A stretch of 64,000 bases of DNA. Source: an uncultured Collinsella sp. Lineage in GTDB: Bacteria; Actinomycetota; Coriobacteriia; Coriobacteriales; Coriobacteriaceae. Below are positions 47,551-58,339 of this stretch, one piece after another (the stretch's first letter is position 1; each line of letters begins with the position of its first letter). The stretch is from the NCBI GenBank assembly GCA_902497065.1, contig CABVDH010000006.1, positions 26,901-90,900 of the forward strand, written 5' to 3'. Under the pieces are notes generated by a model. The model ran no database searches, was not told the origin of the DNA, and saw only the letters and a list, made by a program, of their open reading frames with translations. The position numbers and the translations under genes were made by a program.

Positions 47551-49737
47551 TTATTCGCAGCATGCCGAGGGGCTATGCACGGGGGCGCATTCCGCAACGT
47601 GCGAATCGAGCCATTCGATATCCTCGGCAAGATGCGCCACGCCCAGATGGTGTTCACCCGGACACACCTCGTGCCGCAGGCCATCTCTGCGACCCAGCAA
47701 CTTGTAGGCATCGCGCACGATCTTGAGCTGCTCGTCAACATTTTTCAGCCCGCGCGCACCGTTCAGATGATCCTCTTCGCAGCTCTGCACCAACAGCGGG
47801 CGCGGCGCGATGAGCGTGGCAATATCGCCCATGTCGAGTAAGCGCCAAAGTCCGGGCGTGTAGTTGCAGCTGCAATTGCCATTGAGATGCAGCAGCGAAT
47901 CATCGACACCGTACAGATAGCCCGAGACAAACGCCTTGCGCACACGCGGGTCGAGTGCGGCCAGGTACAACGTCATGTAGCCGCCACCCGAAAAACCAAA
48001 GCAACCCAGGTCATCCATGGCAATATCGCCGCGCGCCTCTAGGTAATCGATCAGACGCATGTTATCCCAGGCGTTGAGGCCCGCAACGGTAAGTCCCAGC
48101 GGCTCGGCCATGCGCGCCTGGTTTAGGCACGTGCCGCGCAGAAAGCTGTTCTCGTCATCGCCCTGACCCTTCCAGTCACGACGGTGTCCCCAACCGCGTG
48201 CGTCGGGGCAGACGGTCACGTAACCCATACGCGCCAAACGTAGACCGTAGTCGTAATTGAACTTACGCACAGCATCATCGACCGCCGGCACGCCCGTCAC
48301 GCCCGCAACACTTGCGGCGCCTGCTCCCTGATGGCCATGCGGGCAGATATAGCAACGCTTAAGCCCCCGTCCATCAAGCTTCGGATGAGACGGCTCCAAC
48401 AGGTAAAACGACATCCACACATCGTGCTCAACCTGCAGCATCGCATGAGTACGCACAATGCCGCCGGCAACCCGCACGCGGCTGAGCTCACGAATCTCAA
48501 TCGGGACGCGGTCCATAAGCGAAAGGCCCAAAACATCGTACAGACGAGTCCTGGTCGCAATCTTCCACGCCTCAAAATCTGCAGGAGTCTTGCCCGCAAA
48601 TGCCGCCGAGCGCCCTTCGCGCTTCAGCCGGGCACGCAGCGCAGGCTCGTCTTCGCAGTACGTCTCGATGTGCACGGTGCGACCATTGGCAGATAGCCCA
48701 GCCGTCTCCACCGCATCACCGTCGCCGCCCTCGGGATCCCAGCCATCCACACCGGCAAGCACCTGCTCGCGAGCGTACCCGGCGGCAGCCATCACATCGA
48801 GTTCATTCGCCCACGACACCCAGCCGGTAGTATCGCCCGCCGGCCCATACAGGATCGCGCCAGCATACTGCGCGCAGTTGTGCGCCGCCGGTTTATTCCA
48901 ATCCCACCAGCCTTCGCGCTTGATATGTCGCCCTAGCCAACAATCGATCAGCACGGTCTGGGCCCACTCACGCCAAGGACGACCCAAATAGACCGAATCC
49001 GGTGCCACATCTTGCGCGGCTGTAAACGAGCAGCCGTGGAACACGAAGCCATATGGCTCTCCCTCGGGCGTCGATGCCGCCGTCACGTAACCGTTCACGT
49101 CCATATCGCGATTGAGCGAGCGAATCTCGCACCCCTCAAAGTAGGCACGCGCGCCGCCAAAGATAAAGTCGACGTCGCCCTCAATCCGGCAGCGTCGAAA
49201 ATACTGGCGCCCCACCCGGCGCGGCGCATACTGTTTGGGTCCTATAAACCCGCCCGGTTTGGCCTCATGCGGCGGCAGCGGACCCAAAAACAGCGTGTCT
49301 TGGTGTCCCTTAATGCAGCAGGCATCGACAACCAGACGGTCGCCATCAGCATACAGGGCAATCGCTTGACCGACCTCGCGCCCATCGCCCGCATCGTTTT
49401 CGATCGTGAGGTTCTCGAGCCGTACGTCGTCGGCATCGACCAAAACGGTATAGGTCCTAAACGTGCCGAGCGTGCCGTCGACGCCCGAGCCGTCCTCCGA
49501 AGGCATCTTGGCACCCAGGCTGCCCACGATACGCACGCTGTCGGCCGTCTCTCCCTCAATCGTCACATGCGAGCGATGAATCTCGACCCGTTCGCGGTAC
49601 TCACCCGGCTCGATATGGATTGTCACCGGCCGTCCGTCATTCGGACAGGATTCGTCAATTGCCTCCAAGGCCTTAGAGATACTGTGATATGCCCCCGCAC
49701 GCTCGGGCGAAACCTCAAAAAATCGTCTCTCACTCAT
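47551..49737 (-). CDS. CE8 pectin methylesterase fused to an alpha/beta-hydrolase
   Basis: GEYRE, QAIAL, QDTL, DFIFG, LGRPW; C-terminal PHGH, GFSGGG, APRP, EHH. Confidence 0.88.
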   Translation of the reverse strand: MSERRFFEVSPERAGAYHSISKALEAIDESCPNDGRPVTIHIEPGEYRERVEIHRSHVTIEGETADSVRIVGSLGAKMPSEDGSGVDGTLGTFRTYTVLVDADDVRLENLTIENDAGDGREVGQAIALYADGDRLVVDACCIKGHQDTLFLGPLPPHEAKPGGFIGPKQYAPRRVGRQYFRRCRIEGDVDFIFGGARAYFEGCEIRSLNRDMDVNGYVTAASTPEGEPYGFVFHGCSFTAAQDVAPDSVYLGRPWREWAQTVLIDCWLGRHIKREGWWDWNKPAAHNCAQYAGAILYGPAGDTTGWVSWANELDVMAAAGYAREQVLAGVDGWDPEGGDGDAVETAGLSANGRTVHIETYCEDEPALRARLKREGRSAAFAGKTPADFEAWKIATRTRLYDVLGLSLMDRVPIEIRELSRVRVAGGIVRTHAMLQVEHDVWMSFYLLEPSHPKLDGRGLKRCYICPHGHQGAGAASVAGVTGVPAVDDAVRKFNYDYGLRLARMGYVTVCPDARGWGHRRDWKGQGDDENSFLRGTCLNQARMAEPLGLTVAGLNAWDNMRLIDYLEARGDIAMDDLGCFGFSGGGYMTLYLAALDPRVRKAFVSGYLYGVDDSLLHLNGNCSCNYTPGLWRLLDMGDIATLIAPRPLLVQSCEEDHLNGARGLKNVDEQLKIVRDAYKLLGRRDGLRHEVCPGEHHLGVAHLAEDIEWLDSHVAECAPVHSPSACCE

Positions 49738-49874
49738 CATCAGTCACCGCGTCCTTTCGTCGTAGACCGTCTACGTTGCAGTTTCGGCATATAAAAAGTT
49801 CGCGCAATGGGTCGGGAAGGCCCTGCCCATCGCGCGCCACGACATATCGAATTTAATTGTTTAGGAGCAAACGC

Positions 49875-51470
49875 CTACGCACGGATAACCTTGTCAACGT
49901 TCTGGAGCTGCAGTTCCTCGCCGTCCTGGCCCTCGATCACCACATTTTGCAGGTCGAGTACCTTGACGTTTTGCGCGATGATGCCCTGGCGCACCATGGG
50001 CTCAACGCCGCAGGCCATGGCAGGGACAAAGGGCTCGGCATCCGGCGCGAAGGTCACGTGGACATCCTGGAACGTCAGGCGCGTCACTTTGCTCTCGGGC
50101 AGACCCGTGATGTAAGCAGCAGCCGCGTGACAGTTGGTGGCCTCGATATCGCAAAACGTCGTGGCACCAAAGCCGGGTGTGCGGTCGTCGACGGGCAGTG
50201 CCTCGCGAGACTGCACGTAGTCGGTCTTGCCGTCCTTGTCGCAGAAGTAGAACGAGTTGACCACGAAGGGCGTAAGCACCTCGTCCATACGAATGTGCTC
50301 GAAGGTGATGCCCTCGTTAACGGCGTCCTTGCCGCGACCGCGGCGGGTCTTGACGCGCAGGCCGCGGTCGGTGCGCTCAAAGAGGCACTTGCTCACGGTA
50401 AGGTCCTTGATGCCGCCGGCAGCCTCTGAACCCAGGACCACGGCGCCGTGACCATCGTGCATGTAGCAGTGAGAGATCAGCACGTCGTGCGTGGCGGGAC
50501 GAAGCTCGGGCTCAATACCCAGCTTGCCGCTCTTGATGGCGATGCAGTCGTCGCCCACCGAGAACTGGCAGCCCAAGATGCGGACAAAGCCGCAGCTCTC
50601 AGGATCGAAGCCGTCGGTGTTGTGGGAGTTCTTGGGACCCTCGATGGACAGGCAGAGTGCATCGACGTGCTCGCACAGGATGGGGTGGATGTTCCACGCC
50701 GGGCTGTTGCGGACGGTGAAGCCGGCCAAGCTCACGTTCTCACACTCGGATAGGAAGATCATGCGCGGGCGGGCGACCTCACGGCCCTCCTCCGGGCGAA
50801 AGATGTTCTTAAAGTCCTTGTTCCACCAGTTGTCCTCGGCAAAATCGGTCTGACCGTCGATCGCGCCGCGACCATAGATGCACACGTCGTGCACGCCAAG
50901 ACCCGTAAAGGTAGAACAGTAGGTCGAGAAACTCTCGCCCTCCCAGCGGCCCAGGGGCAGCATATCGGTGCCGGCATACCCGGCACCCTCGTTGCCCGTG
51001 ACCGTTCCCGGAATGTAGGCAAGCGCGGCACGATCGTGGCGGGCCAGCAGCACCGCTCCCTCGGCGAGCTCGATGTTGATATTGCTCTTAAGGAAGAGGG
51101 ACTTGATGCGATAACTACCGGCGGGGATCAGCACGCGACCGCCCTTGGGGCAGGCTATGATGGCAGCCTGGATGTTGGTGGTGTCGTCGTGCTCGGCATC
51201 ACCCTTGGCGCCACAGTCGCGAACGTTGATGGTAAAGGGCTCAGCCGGCGTGGTGACACCTACGCTCAGCTCACGCTCGCCACAAACAAAACGAACCAGG
51301 TTGCGCTTGCCGGGGGTCAGGCCGTCGACATAGGTCTCGACCGTATTCGTGGTACCAGCGGGCTCGTCGTTGACAAAGATCTCCCACGTATCGGCGCAGG
51401 TAAAGTAACCGCCGTCGTCAAGCTCGATAACCGCCGCGCGCGCGTTGCGCCAGATAACGTTCGTCTCCAT
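49875..51470 (-). CDS. GH28 (exo)polygalacturonase
   Basis: NTD, GDD, GHG and RVK catalytic motifs; no signal peptide visible. Confidence 0.92.
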   Translation of the reverse strand: METNVIWRNARAAVIELDDGGYFTCADTWEIFVNDEPAGTTNTVETYVDGLTPGKRNLVRFVCGERELSVGVTTPAEPFTINVRDCGAKGDAEHDDTTNIQAAIIACPKGGRVLIPAGSYRIKSLFLKSNINIELAEGAVLLARHDRAALAYIPGTVTGNEGAGYAGTDMLPLGRWEGESFSTYCSTFTGLGVHDVCIYGRGAIDGQTDFAEDNWWNKDFKNIFRPEEGREVARPRMIFLSECENVSLAGFTVRNSPAWNIHPILCEHVDALCLSIEGPKNSHNTDGFDPESCGFVRILGCQFSVGDDCIAIKSGKLGIEPELRPATHDVLISHCYMHDGHGAVVLGSEAAGGIKDLTVSKCLFERTDRGLRVKTRRGRGKDAVNEGITFEHIRMDEVLTPFVVNSFYFCDKDGKTDYVQSREALPVDDRTPGFGATTFCDIEATNCHAAAAYITGLPESKVTRLTFQDVHVTFAPDAEPFVPAMACGVEPMVRQGIIAQNVKVLDLQNVVIEGQDGEELQLQNVDKVIRA

Positions 51471-51585
51471 GGGTTTCTCCCTCAAAAAGATGCTCTAAAG
51501 GCAAATTGTACGCTGTTGAAAAAGGGCCGTGCCTGCCGGCGGAATTCCGGTGGCACGGCCCTTTGATTTGGACGATATGTCGGCC

Positions 51586-53145
51586 TTACTCGGCGGGAGT
51601 TACGCTACCGTCCTGGAAGCCAACGTTGTTGTGGGCAAAGCAGTCCTCGTACTTAAAGCCGGAGAGCTCCTCGCAAAGCGCCTTGACCTCGGGCTTGACG
51701 TCGGCCATCTTGCCACCCTCCTTGACTCGGTGAATCTCGTCGCAAAGGACGTCGCACTGCTCCTTGTCGATCTTGATGCCGCGGGCAAGGACGGCCGCAA
51801 GCAGGAAGAAGCCGGCGCAGCCGATGATCATGTAGCCGCAGATATACAGAGGCACAGTAGCGGGCTGGGTCACGGCGTCGCTATTGCCGGCGGTCTGAAT
51901 GAAGCCGGAGGCAGCAAGGACGATAGCCCACACGTTGACGGCGATAGCCTGGGCGATCTGCTGGCAGAGCTGCTGCGCGGAGCTGTAGATGCCCTCGCGA
52001 CGGCGCAGAGTGATGAGCTCATCGACATCGGGGATGTAGTTGAGCAGAACATCGGGCAGGTACTGGAAGCCGACGTAGAAGAACTTCCAGATGGCGAAGA
52101 TGATGGGGTAGGCGATCATGGCGATGGCGACCGTGGAGGTGCCGTTGATCTGACCAAAGGCGAAGTAGTTGTAGGCAATGATGCACGCAGCGCAACCGAC
52201 ATTTGCGAGGTACCAAGACTTGTGGAAGCCCTTCTTGGCCATGAGGGCGACCCAGATGGCGGTGCAGACGATAGCGACGACCTTGCCAGGCATCTCCATC
52301 ACGGACTCGTAGGACTTAGGAATCTGCAGGCAGTAGACGATGAAGAAGGACAGGCAGGCAGACCAGCAGGCAGCAGCGAGCTTCGTGGAGACCTGTGCGT
52401 ACAGGACCTTGCGGAAGGACTTGTTGCGGAAGGTGGAGATAACGTCGATGAAGAACTTCTTGATACCCTCGCCGACGCTCTCGATCTTCTCCTGAGCGAC
52501 CTCCTCGGGGGTGTGCTCCCACGTGGACAGGTACACACAAAGCAGCGAGATTGCCATGACCGAAGCGTTGACCGTAGCGATGATGAAGTAGCTGAACGGG
52601 TTGGTCTCGCCGAAGGTGCCAAAGCCGAAGCCCACAAGTGCAGCCATCAGGAAGCCGGCGGCGTTACCAAAGAGATGCTTGTAGCCGGTGAGGTACGTAC
52701 GCTCCTTAAAGTCGTCGGTCATCTCGATGGTAAGCGGCGACAGGTTGGCGGTGCAGAACGTGTACGCGACGTTGTAGATCAGGTACAGCACAAAGTAGTA
52801 CGGGAAGCCAAACGGCGTAGCCACGAAGATGAGCGGCTCGGCGATCATCATCGGGATGGCCAGCAAGATCCAGAAACGGCGACGACCAAAGATGCGGCCA
52901 ATCTTGGTGGCATAGAAGTTATCGGCCACAAAGCCCATCAGCGGGCAAAGAATGGCGTTGACATAGATGGCAAACGAGCTGATCAGTGCAGCCTCGCCTG
53001 CGGACAGGCCACACTCCGTGGACAGGAACAGCACCATGTAGCTGTGCGTAAAGGTCAGGGCACCGGAATTGAGCATACCGCCCATACCAAAGCCCAAGCG
53101 CGTCCAGAATGTGATCTTACGCTTTTTTCCGATCTTATTAGTCAT
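51586..53145 (-). CDS. GPH/MFS oligogalacturonide transporter (TogT-like)
   Basis: FGRRRFW, EMT..FKERT, IPDVDE..T.RRREG. Confidence 0.85.
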   Translation of the reverse strand: MTNKIGKKRKITFWTRLGFGMGGMLNSGALTFTHSYMVLFLSTECGLSAGEAALISSFAIYVNAILCPLMGFVADNFYATKIGRIFGRRRFWILLAIPMMIAEPLIFVATPFGFPYYFVLYLIYNVAYTFCTANLSPLTIEMTDDFKERTYLTGYKHLFGNAAGFLMAALVGFGFGTFGETNPFSYFIIATVNASVMAISLLCVYLSTWEHTPEEVAQEKIESVGEGIKKFFIDVISTFRNKSFRKVLYAQVSTKLAAACWSACLSFFIVYCLQIPKSYESVMEMPGKVVAIVCTAIWVALMAKKGFHKSWYLANVGCAACIIAYNYFAFGQINGTSTVAIAMIAYPIIFAIWKFFYVGFQYLPDVLLNYIPDVDELITLRRREGIYSSAQQLCQQIAQAIAVNVWAIVLAASGFIQTAGNSDAVTQPATVPLYICGYMIIGCAGFFLLAAVLARGIKIDKEQCDVLCDEIHRVKEGGKMADVKPEVKALCEELSGFKYEDCFAHNNVGFQDGSVTPAE

Positions 53146-53224
53146 CGAGCTCCCTCTCTTTTCTCGATTGTCTTGTACCAAGACATTTGAGTCCACACTG
53201 ACATCTGTCTGCCCAGCGTTCAGG

Positions 53225-53397
53225 GTGAACGTTTAGTTAGATTATGCGCGATTCCTTACGAGAGGTGAACGTTCACTTGCATATTATCCCCGAACGGTCG
53301 ATTTTTACCGCCGAACGGACACAATTGAGGCTCTAAGACCTATTGTCTGCTGGTAAATGTGCCATGCTGGACACCCATGAGATAGGTGAACGTTTAT
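53225..53397. promoter_or_regulatory. Three GTGAACGTT-type operators at the transporter promoter
   Basis: 53225, 53265 (perfect palindrome), 53386. Confidence 0.65.
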
Positions 53398-53500
53398 CGT
53401 ATTTTCCAACATATTCACTTAACCACGAAACGAAAAAGCCCCGCCGGGAACACTCCCGATGGGGCCGATGACATCGCGCTATGCTTGGGCGCACTTGCCG

Positions 53501-54985
53501 CTACAAGCAGACGCCGTCCTTCCAGATACTGATCTCGTGACAGCCACGGCGCTCGGCACTCGTGAGCTTACCGCTCGCCGTCTGTAGCACCAGCTGGTAC
53601 AAATCGCGGGCGGCCTCGTCGAGCGTGCGCTCACCCGTGGCAATCACGCCGGCGTTAAAGTCCATCCAATTGGCCTTGTGGTCGCACAAACGCTGGTTGG
53701 TGAACACTTTGAGCGTAGGCGCCGGCGCGCCAAACGGTGTGCCGCGGCCGGTCGAGAACAGAATCACGTGGCAGCCGGCAGCCGTCAACGCCGTGGTGGA
53801 TACCATGTCGTTGCCCGGACCGCACAGCATGTTCAGGCCGTGTTTAGTTGCCTGGCCGGCATACGGCAGCACGTCGACGATGGGGGCAGATCCGCCCTTT
53901 TGCACGCAGCCGCAGCTCTTGTCCTCGAGCGTGGTAATACCGCCGTCCTTGTTGCCGGGGCTCGGGTTCTCGTAGACAACCTCACCGTGGCTAATAAAGT
54001 AGTCCTTAAAGCCATTGAGCATGTCGGAAGCGGCGTTAAAGACCTGCTCGTTCTCACAGCGATCGAGCAGGATGCTCTCGGCGCCAAACATCTCGGGCAC
54101 CTCGGTAAGCACCGACGTGCCGCCACGGGCGACGACCATATCGCTCACGCGACCGATCGTGGGGTTGGCGGTAATGCCCGAAAGACCGTCGGAGCCGCCA
54201 CACTTAAGACCAATGACCAGCTCGGAGGCCGGAATGGGCTCGCGCTTGGACTGCTTTGCCAGGTCTGCCAGCTCGGCCAGAATCTTGTGGCCCTCGACCT
54301 GCTCGTCGGCAACGTCCTGGCAGGTGAGGAAGCGGACGCGCTCGTGATCGAAGTCACCGAGCTCGTCGAGCACCTGCTGGTGTGTGCAGTTCTCGCAACC
54401 GAGCGACAGGAACAGCACGCCGGCCGCATTTGGGTGACGCGAGAGCGCCACCAGCAGACGACGCGTCTGGGCATGGTCGGCGCCGGTCTGCGAGCAGCCA
54501 AAGGGATGCGGGAAGTAGTAGACGCCCTCGAGCGAGCCATCGACCAGATCCTGGGCCTGCTCACACATGGCACGGGCGACTTCGTTGACACAGCCGACCG
54601 TGGGGATGATCCACAGCTCATTACGCGTCGCGGCACGACCGTCGGCGCGGCGGAAGCCCATAAAGGTCTCAGGCTCAACGGGATCCACGACCGGATGCGT
54701 GGGGTTGTAGGCGTACTCGACCTCGCCCGAAAGGTTGGTCTTCACATTGTGCGTGTGGAGCCACTGACCGGGCTGGACATCGCCCGTCACATGGCCGATA
54801 GGAAGGCCGTACTTGATGATGTCCTCCCCTGCGGCAATCGCGCGCACCGCCATCTTATGGCCCTGCGGAATATCCTCCACGGCCACGACCTCGCCCACCC
54901 CGGGAACCGCGACGGCAGTGCCCTTGGCAAGCGGCGACAGCGCAACGATCACGTTATCGGCCGGATTGATCTGGATAGTATTCAT
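53501..54985 (-). CDS. uxaA: Altronate dehydratase
   Basis: SAF domain (GHKMA..KYG), PTVGCVN, GCSQ, LGCE, KCGGSDG, TGRG. Confidence 0.93.
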   Translation of the reverse strand: MNTIQINPADNVIVALSPLAKGTAVAVPGVGEVVAVEDIPQGHKMAVRAIAAGEDIIKYGLPIGHVTGDVQPGQWLHTHNVKTNLSGEVEYAYNPTHPVVDPVEPETFMGFRRADGRAATRNELWIIPTVGCVNEVARAMCEQAQDLVDGSLEGVYYFPHPFGCSQTGADHAQTRRLLVALSRHPNAAGVLFLSLGCENCTHQQVLDELGDFDHERVRFLTCQDVADEQVEGHKILAELADLAKQSKREPIPASELVIGLKCGGSDGLSGITANPTIGRVSDMVVARGGTSVLTEVPEMFGAESILLDRCENEQVFNAASDMLNGFKDYFISHGEVVYENPSPGNKDGGITTLEDKSCGCVQKGGSAPIVDVLPYAGQATKHGLNMLCGPGNDMVSTTALTAAGCHVILFSTGRGTPFGAPAPTLKVFTNQRLCDHKANWMDFNAGVIATGERTLDEAARDLYQLVLQTASGKLTSAERRGCHEISIWKDGVCL

Positions 54986-55066
54986 TACAAATGGTCCTAA
55001 CCCTACAGGTTGAGCAGAAGTCGAGACGCGGGCACGCCGTCCCGCGCCCGCGTCTGCGCCGGAATT

Positions 55067-56581
55067 TTACGCCTGAGCGTTGGCGAAGGCCTGCTTGGCG
55101 CCCTCGGCACGCACGACAGCGAGCGCGCTGACGACAAACTCCTCAAGACCTGCGATCTGCGTAAGGTCCTCGCCCCACATCTGCTCGTTGGTGAGCACGT
55201 CGTGCACCAGCTGGGCATCGTCGGCGCCGGCATGGGCGGCGTAGAAGTCGAGCACGAAGGCGTCGTCCTGAGCGGTGTACTCGGTGCCGTCGGAGCGACG
55301 CAGGTGCAGGCCGTCGCCCTCGCGGGACACGAGCTCCTGCGTGTAGAAGGAGATGAGCGTAGCGAGGCTCGTCGCCAGGCACTTGGGCAGGTTGCCGGTC
55401 TCGGCAACGTAGTCCTTGAGCGTGGGCAGGTCGCGAGCGCGCCACTTAGCCGTGGAGTTGAGGCAGATGGAGAGCAGCGCATGATCAATAAACGGGTTGT
55501 CGAAGCGGTTTTCGACGGCGGCGGCAAAGGCCTTGCAGTCCTCGACATCCAAGTCGGCGGCAAGCGTCGGAATGACCTCGTCGTAGAGCATGGTGTTCAT
55601 GAAGCCGCGAATGGTCTCGTCATGCATGCAGTCGCGCACGATATCAAAGCCGGCAACCCAGGAACCCGGAACGAAGGCGGTGTGGGCACCGTTGAGGATG
55701 CGGACCTTGCGCTTTTTGTACGGGGTGACGTCGGGAGTCACAAAGACACCCGGAAGACCAGCCTTCACAAAGGGAAGCTTCTCGGCAAGCGACTCGTCGC
55801 CCTGGATGCCCCACATCTGGAAGGGCTCGCGCACGGCCAGGAAGGGGTCCTCGTAGCCCAGACGCTCAGCCACCGCGGCGGCCTCGGATGCGTCGCGGAT
55901 ACGGCCCGGTACGATGGTGTCGACGAGCGTGGTGCAGACGGTGCAGTCGTTGGCCATCCACTGCGCAAACTCGTCCTCCCAGCCCCAGTCGCTCACATAC
56001 TGGTTCATGATGCGCAGCAACTCCTCGCCGTTGTGATCGATGAGCTCGCAGGCGAGGACGATGACGCCCGGCTTACCGGCAGCCCAGCGGGTGTGGAGCA
56101 CCTGGGCAAGCTTGGCGGGGAAGCTCGCGGGTGGCATGTCGTCGGCCTTGCAGGACGGGTCATAGGCGATACCGGCCTCGGTGGTGTTGGAGACGATGAT
56201 CTCTAGGTCGTCGGAGACAGCGACCTCCATCATGGCGCGGTAGTCGTCCTCACGATACGGGTTAAGGCAGCGGCTGCAGGCGCTGATCACGCGGGACTCG
56301 TCAACCGTGTTGCCGTTCTCCTTGCCGCGCACCAGCACGGTGTACAGATCGTCCTGGGCATTGATACCGTCGGCAAAGCCAAAGGCACCGCTGATGGGCT
56401 GCACCATGACGACCTTGCCGTTCCAGCCGGTGGCCTCGTTGCCCATGTCAAAGAAGCGGTCGACGAAGGCGCGCAGGAAATTGCCCTCGCCAAACTGCAG
56501 AACCTTCTCGGGAGCGTCCTTGGGCAGCAGGTAGCCCTTGTAGCCGATCTTCTCGAGCGCATCGTAGCTGATGTTCTCCAT
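55067..56581 (-). CDS. uxaB: Tagaturonate reductase
   Basis: QFGEGNFLRAF, SNTTEAGI, CELI, KVRILNGAHT, RFDNPFI. Confidence 0.95.
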   Translation of the reverse strand: MENISYDALEKIGYKGYLLPKDAPEKVLQFGEGNFLRAFVDRFFDMGNEATGWNGKVVMVQPISGAFGFADGINAQDDLYTVLVRGKENGNTVDESRVISACSRCLNPYREDDYRAMMEVAVSDDLEIIVSNTTEAGIAYDPSCKADDMPPASFPAKLAQVLHTRWAAGKPGVIVLACELIDHNGEELLRIMNQYVSDWGWEDEFAQWMANDCTVCTTLVDTIVPGRIRDASEAAAVAERLGYEDPFLAVREPFQMWGIQGDESLAEKLPFVKAGLPGVFVTPDVTPYKKRKVRILNGAHTAFVPGSWVAGFDIVRDCMHDETIRGFMNTMLYDEVIPTLAADLDVEDCKAFAAAVENRFDNPFIDHALLSICLNSTAKWRARDLPTLKDYVAETGNLPKCLATSLATLISFYTQELVSREGDGLHLRRSDGTEYTAQDDAFVLDFYAAHAGADDAQLVHDVLTNEQMWGEDLTQIAGLEEFVVSALAVVRAEGAKQAFANAQA

Positions 56582-56675
56582 CTATGTGTCTCCTTAGATG
56601 TTTGTTAGCGTGCAAGCAAAACGGGGCTCCGCGTGTGGCAACGGCGCCCAGGGTTCGATGTGATTCGATGCGGGC

Positions 56676-58103
56676 TTAGGCCTCGTCGGTGTCCAGGTCA
56701 AAGCCAAAGTAGCGGACCGCATTGTTGTAGCTGATGTCACGCACAACCTCGCCCAGCAGCTCCATGTCGGCCGGGTACTTGCCCTGCTCGACCCACTCGC
56801 CGATCACGCTGCACAGCACGCGACGGAAGTACTCGTGGCGCGGATAGGACAGGAAGGAGCGGGAATCGGTAAGCATGCCCACAAAGTTGCCCAACACGCC
56901 CTCGTTAGCCAGAGCCGTAAGCTGCTCGCGCATGCCGACCTCGTTGTCGTTGAACCACCAGGCGGAGCCGTTCTGGATCTTACCGGCAGTCGGAGCCTCC
57001 TGGAAGCAACCCATGACGGTATCGATCATGGTGTTATCGATGGGGTTCAGGCTGTACAGGATGGTCTTGGGCAGGCCGCAGGTCTCCTGGATGGAGTTGA
57101 GGAAATCGGCGAGCTGGTCGGACGGCGTGTAGTTGGAGATGCAGTCGTAGCCGGTGTCGGGACCGAGTTTGGCGAACATGGCGCGGTTGTTGTCGCGCTT
57201 GCAGCCAAAGTGCAGCTGCATGGCCCAGCCCAGACGGACATACTCGCCGGCAACGAACTGCATAAAGGCAGTCTTGTACTTGAGGACCTCTTCCTCGGTA
57301 AGCGGCTCGGCAGCCAGACCCTTGGCAAAGATAGCCTCGATCTCGTCGGCGGTAGCCGGGACGTACATAACGTAGTCGAGTGCGTGGTCGGAGGCGCGGC
57401 AGCCCAGCTCGTGAGCAACGTCGTAGCGCTTGGAAATGGCAGCCTTCATGCCCTCAAAGTCGCTGACCTCAACGCCGGCAACCTCGGAAAGGTGCTTGCA
57501 GTAGTCGGCAAACTCCTGGCCGCGCTCGATGCGCAAAGCGGCATCGGGGCGCATGGCGGGAACGACCTGAACGTCAAAGCTGTCGTCGGCGGCAATCTTC
57601 TTGTGCCACTCAAAGCTGTCGGCGGGGTCGTCGGTAGTGCAGATCATGCGGACGTTGGACTGCTTGATCAGGTTACGGCAGGTAAAGCTAGCCTCAGCGA
57701 GCTTGGCGTTGGCAAGGTCCCAGACCTCCTGGGCAGTCTTGCCGTTGAGGACGCCCTCGTAGCCAAAGTAGCGCTTAAGCTCCAGGTGGCTCCACTCAAA
57801 GACGGGGTTGCCAACGCAGCGACCCAGGGTCTCGGCCCACTTTTGGAACTTCTCGCGAGCAGGGGCGTCGCCAGTGATAAAACGCTCGTCGACGCCGTTG
57901 GCACGCATCAGGCGCCACTTGTAGTGGTCGCCGCCCAGCCAAACCTCGGTGATGTTCTCGAAACGCTTGTCCTCCCAAATCTCCTTAGGAGAAATGTGGC
58001 AGTGATAGTCGACGATGGGCATGCCCTCGGCAAAGTTGTGGAACAGCTCCTCGCCGGTCTTAGTGCTCAGCAGGAAATCCTGATCGTCCATAAAGTTTTT
58101 CAT
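56676..58103 (-). CDS. uxaC: Uronate isomerase
   Basis: DYHCH, GDHYKWR, CTTDDP, AWWFND, TDSRSFLSY.RHEYFRR. Confidence 0.96.
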   Translation of the reverse strand: MKNFMDDQDFLLSTKTGEELFHNFAEGMPIVDYHCHISPKEIWEDKRFENITEVWLGGDHYKWRLMRANGVDERFITGDAPAREKFQKWAETLGRCVGNPVFEWSHLELKRYFGYEGVLNGKTAQEVWDLANAKLAEASFTCRNLIKQSNVRMICTTDDPADSFEWHKKIAADDSFDVQVVPAMRPDAALRIERGQEFADYCKHLSEVAGVEVSDFEGMKAAISKRYDVAHELGCRASDHALDYVMYVPATADEIEAIFAKGLAAEPLTEEEVLKYKTAFMQFVAGEYVRLGWAMQLHFGCKRDNNRAMFAKLGPDTGYDCISNYTPSDQLADFLNSIQETCGLPKTILYSLNPIDNTMIDTVMGCFQEAPTAGKIQNGSAWWFNDNEVGMREQLTALANEGVLGNFVGMLTDSRSFLSYPRHEYFRRVLCSVIGEWVEQGKYPADMELLGEVVRDISYNNAVRYFGFDLDTDEA

Positions 58104-58157
58104 CAAACAGCCCCTTTGCTGGCAACGCGGGCGCACGGCGCGCTCGTTATCCTTTAG

Positions 58158-58207
58158 GTGAACGTTCACTATACTAATCTATTACGGCTTAAAAGGTGAA
58201 CGTTCAC
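58158..58207. promoter_or_regulatory. Two perfect GTGAACGTTCAC operators at the uxaC promoter
   Basis: 58158-58169 and 58196-58207. Confidence 0.75.
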
Positions 58208-58339
58208 CTAACCACCACGGGGTGAACGGTAGATTTTGCCCGTTCAACGGTTGCTGGAGATGTGACTTGCATGTATTGCGGACCGGTTGACGTCCCCGAA
58301 CACCGAACTTGAGCGCTTTTGCTCAGGTGGGTCATGTCC

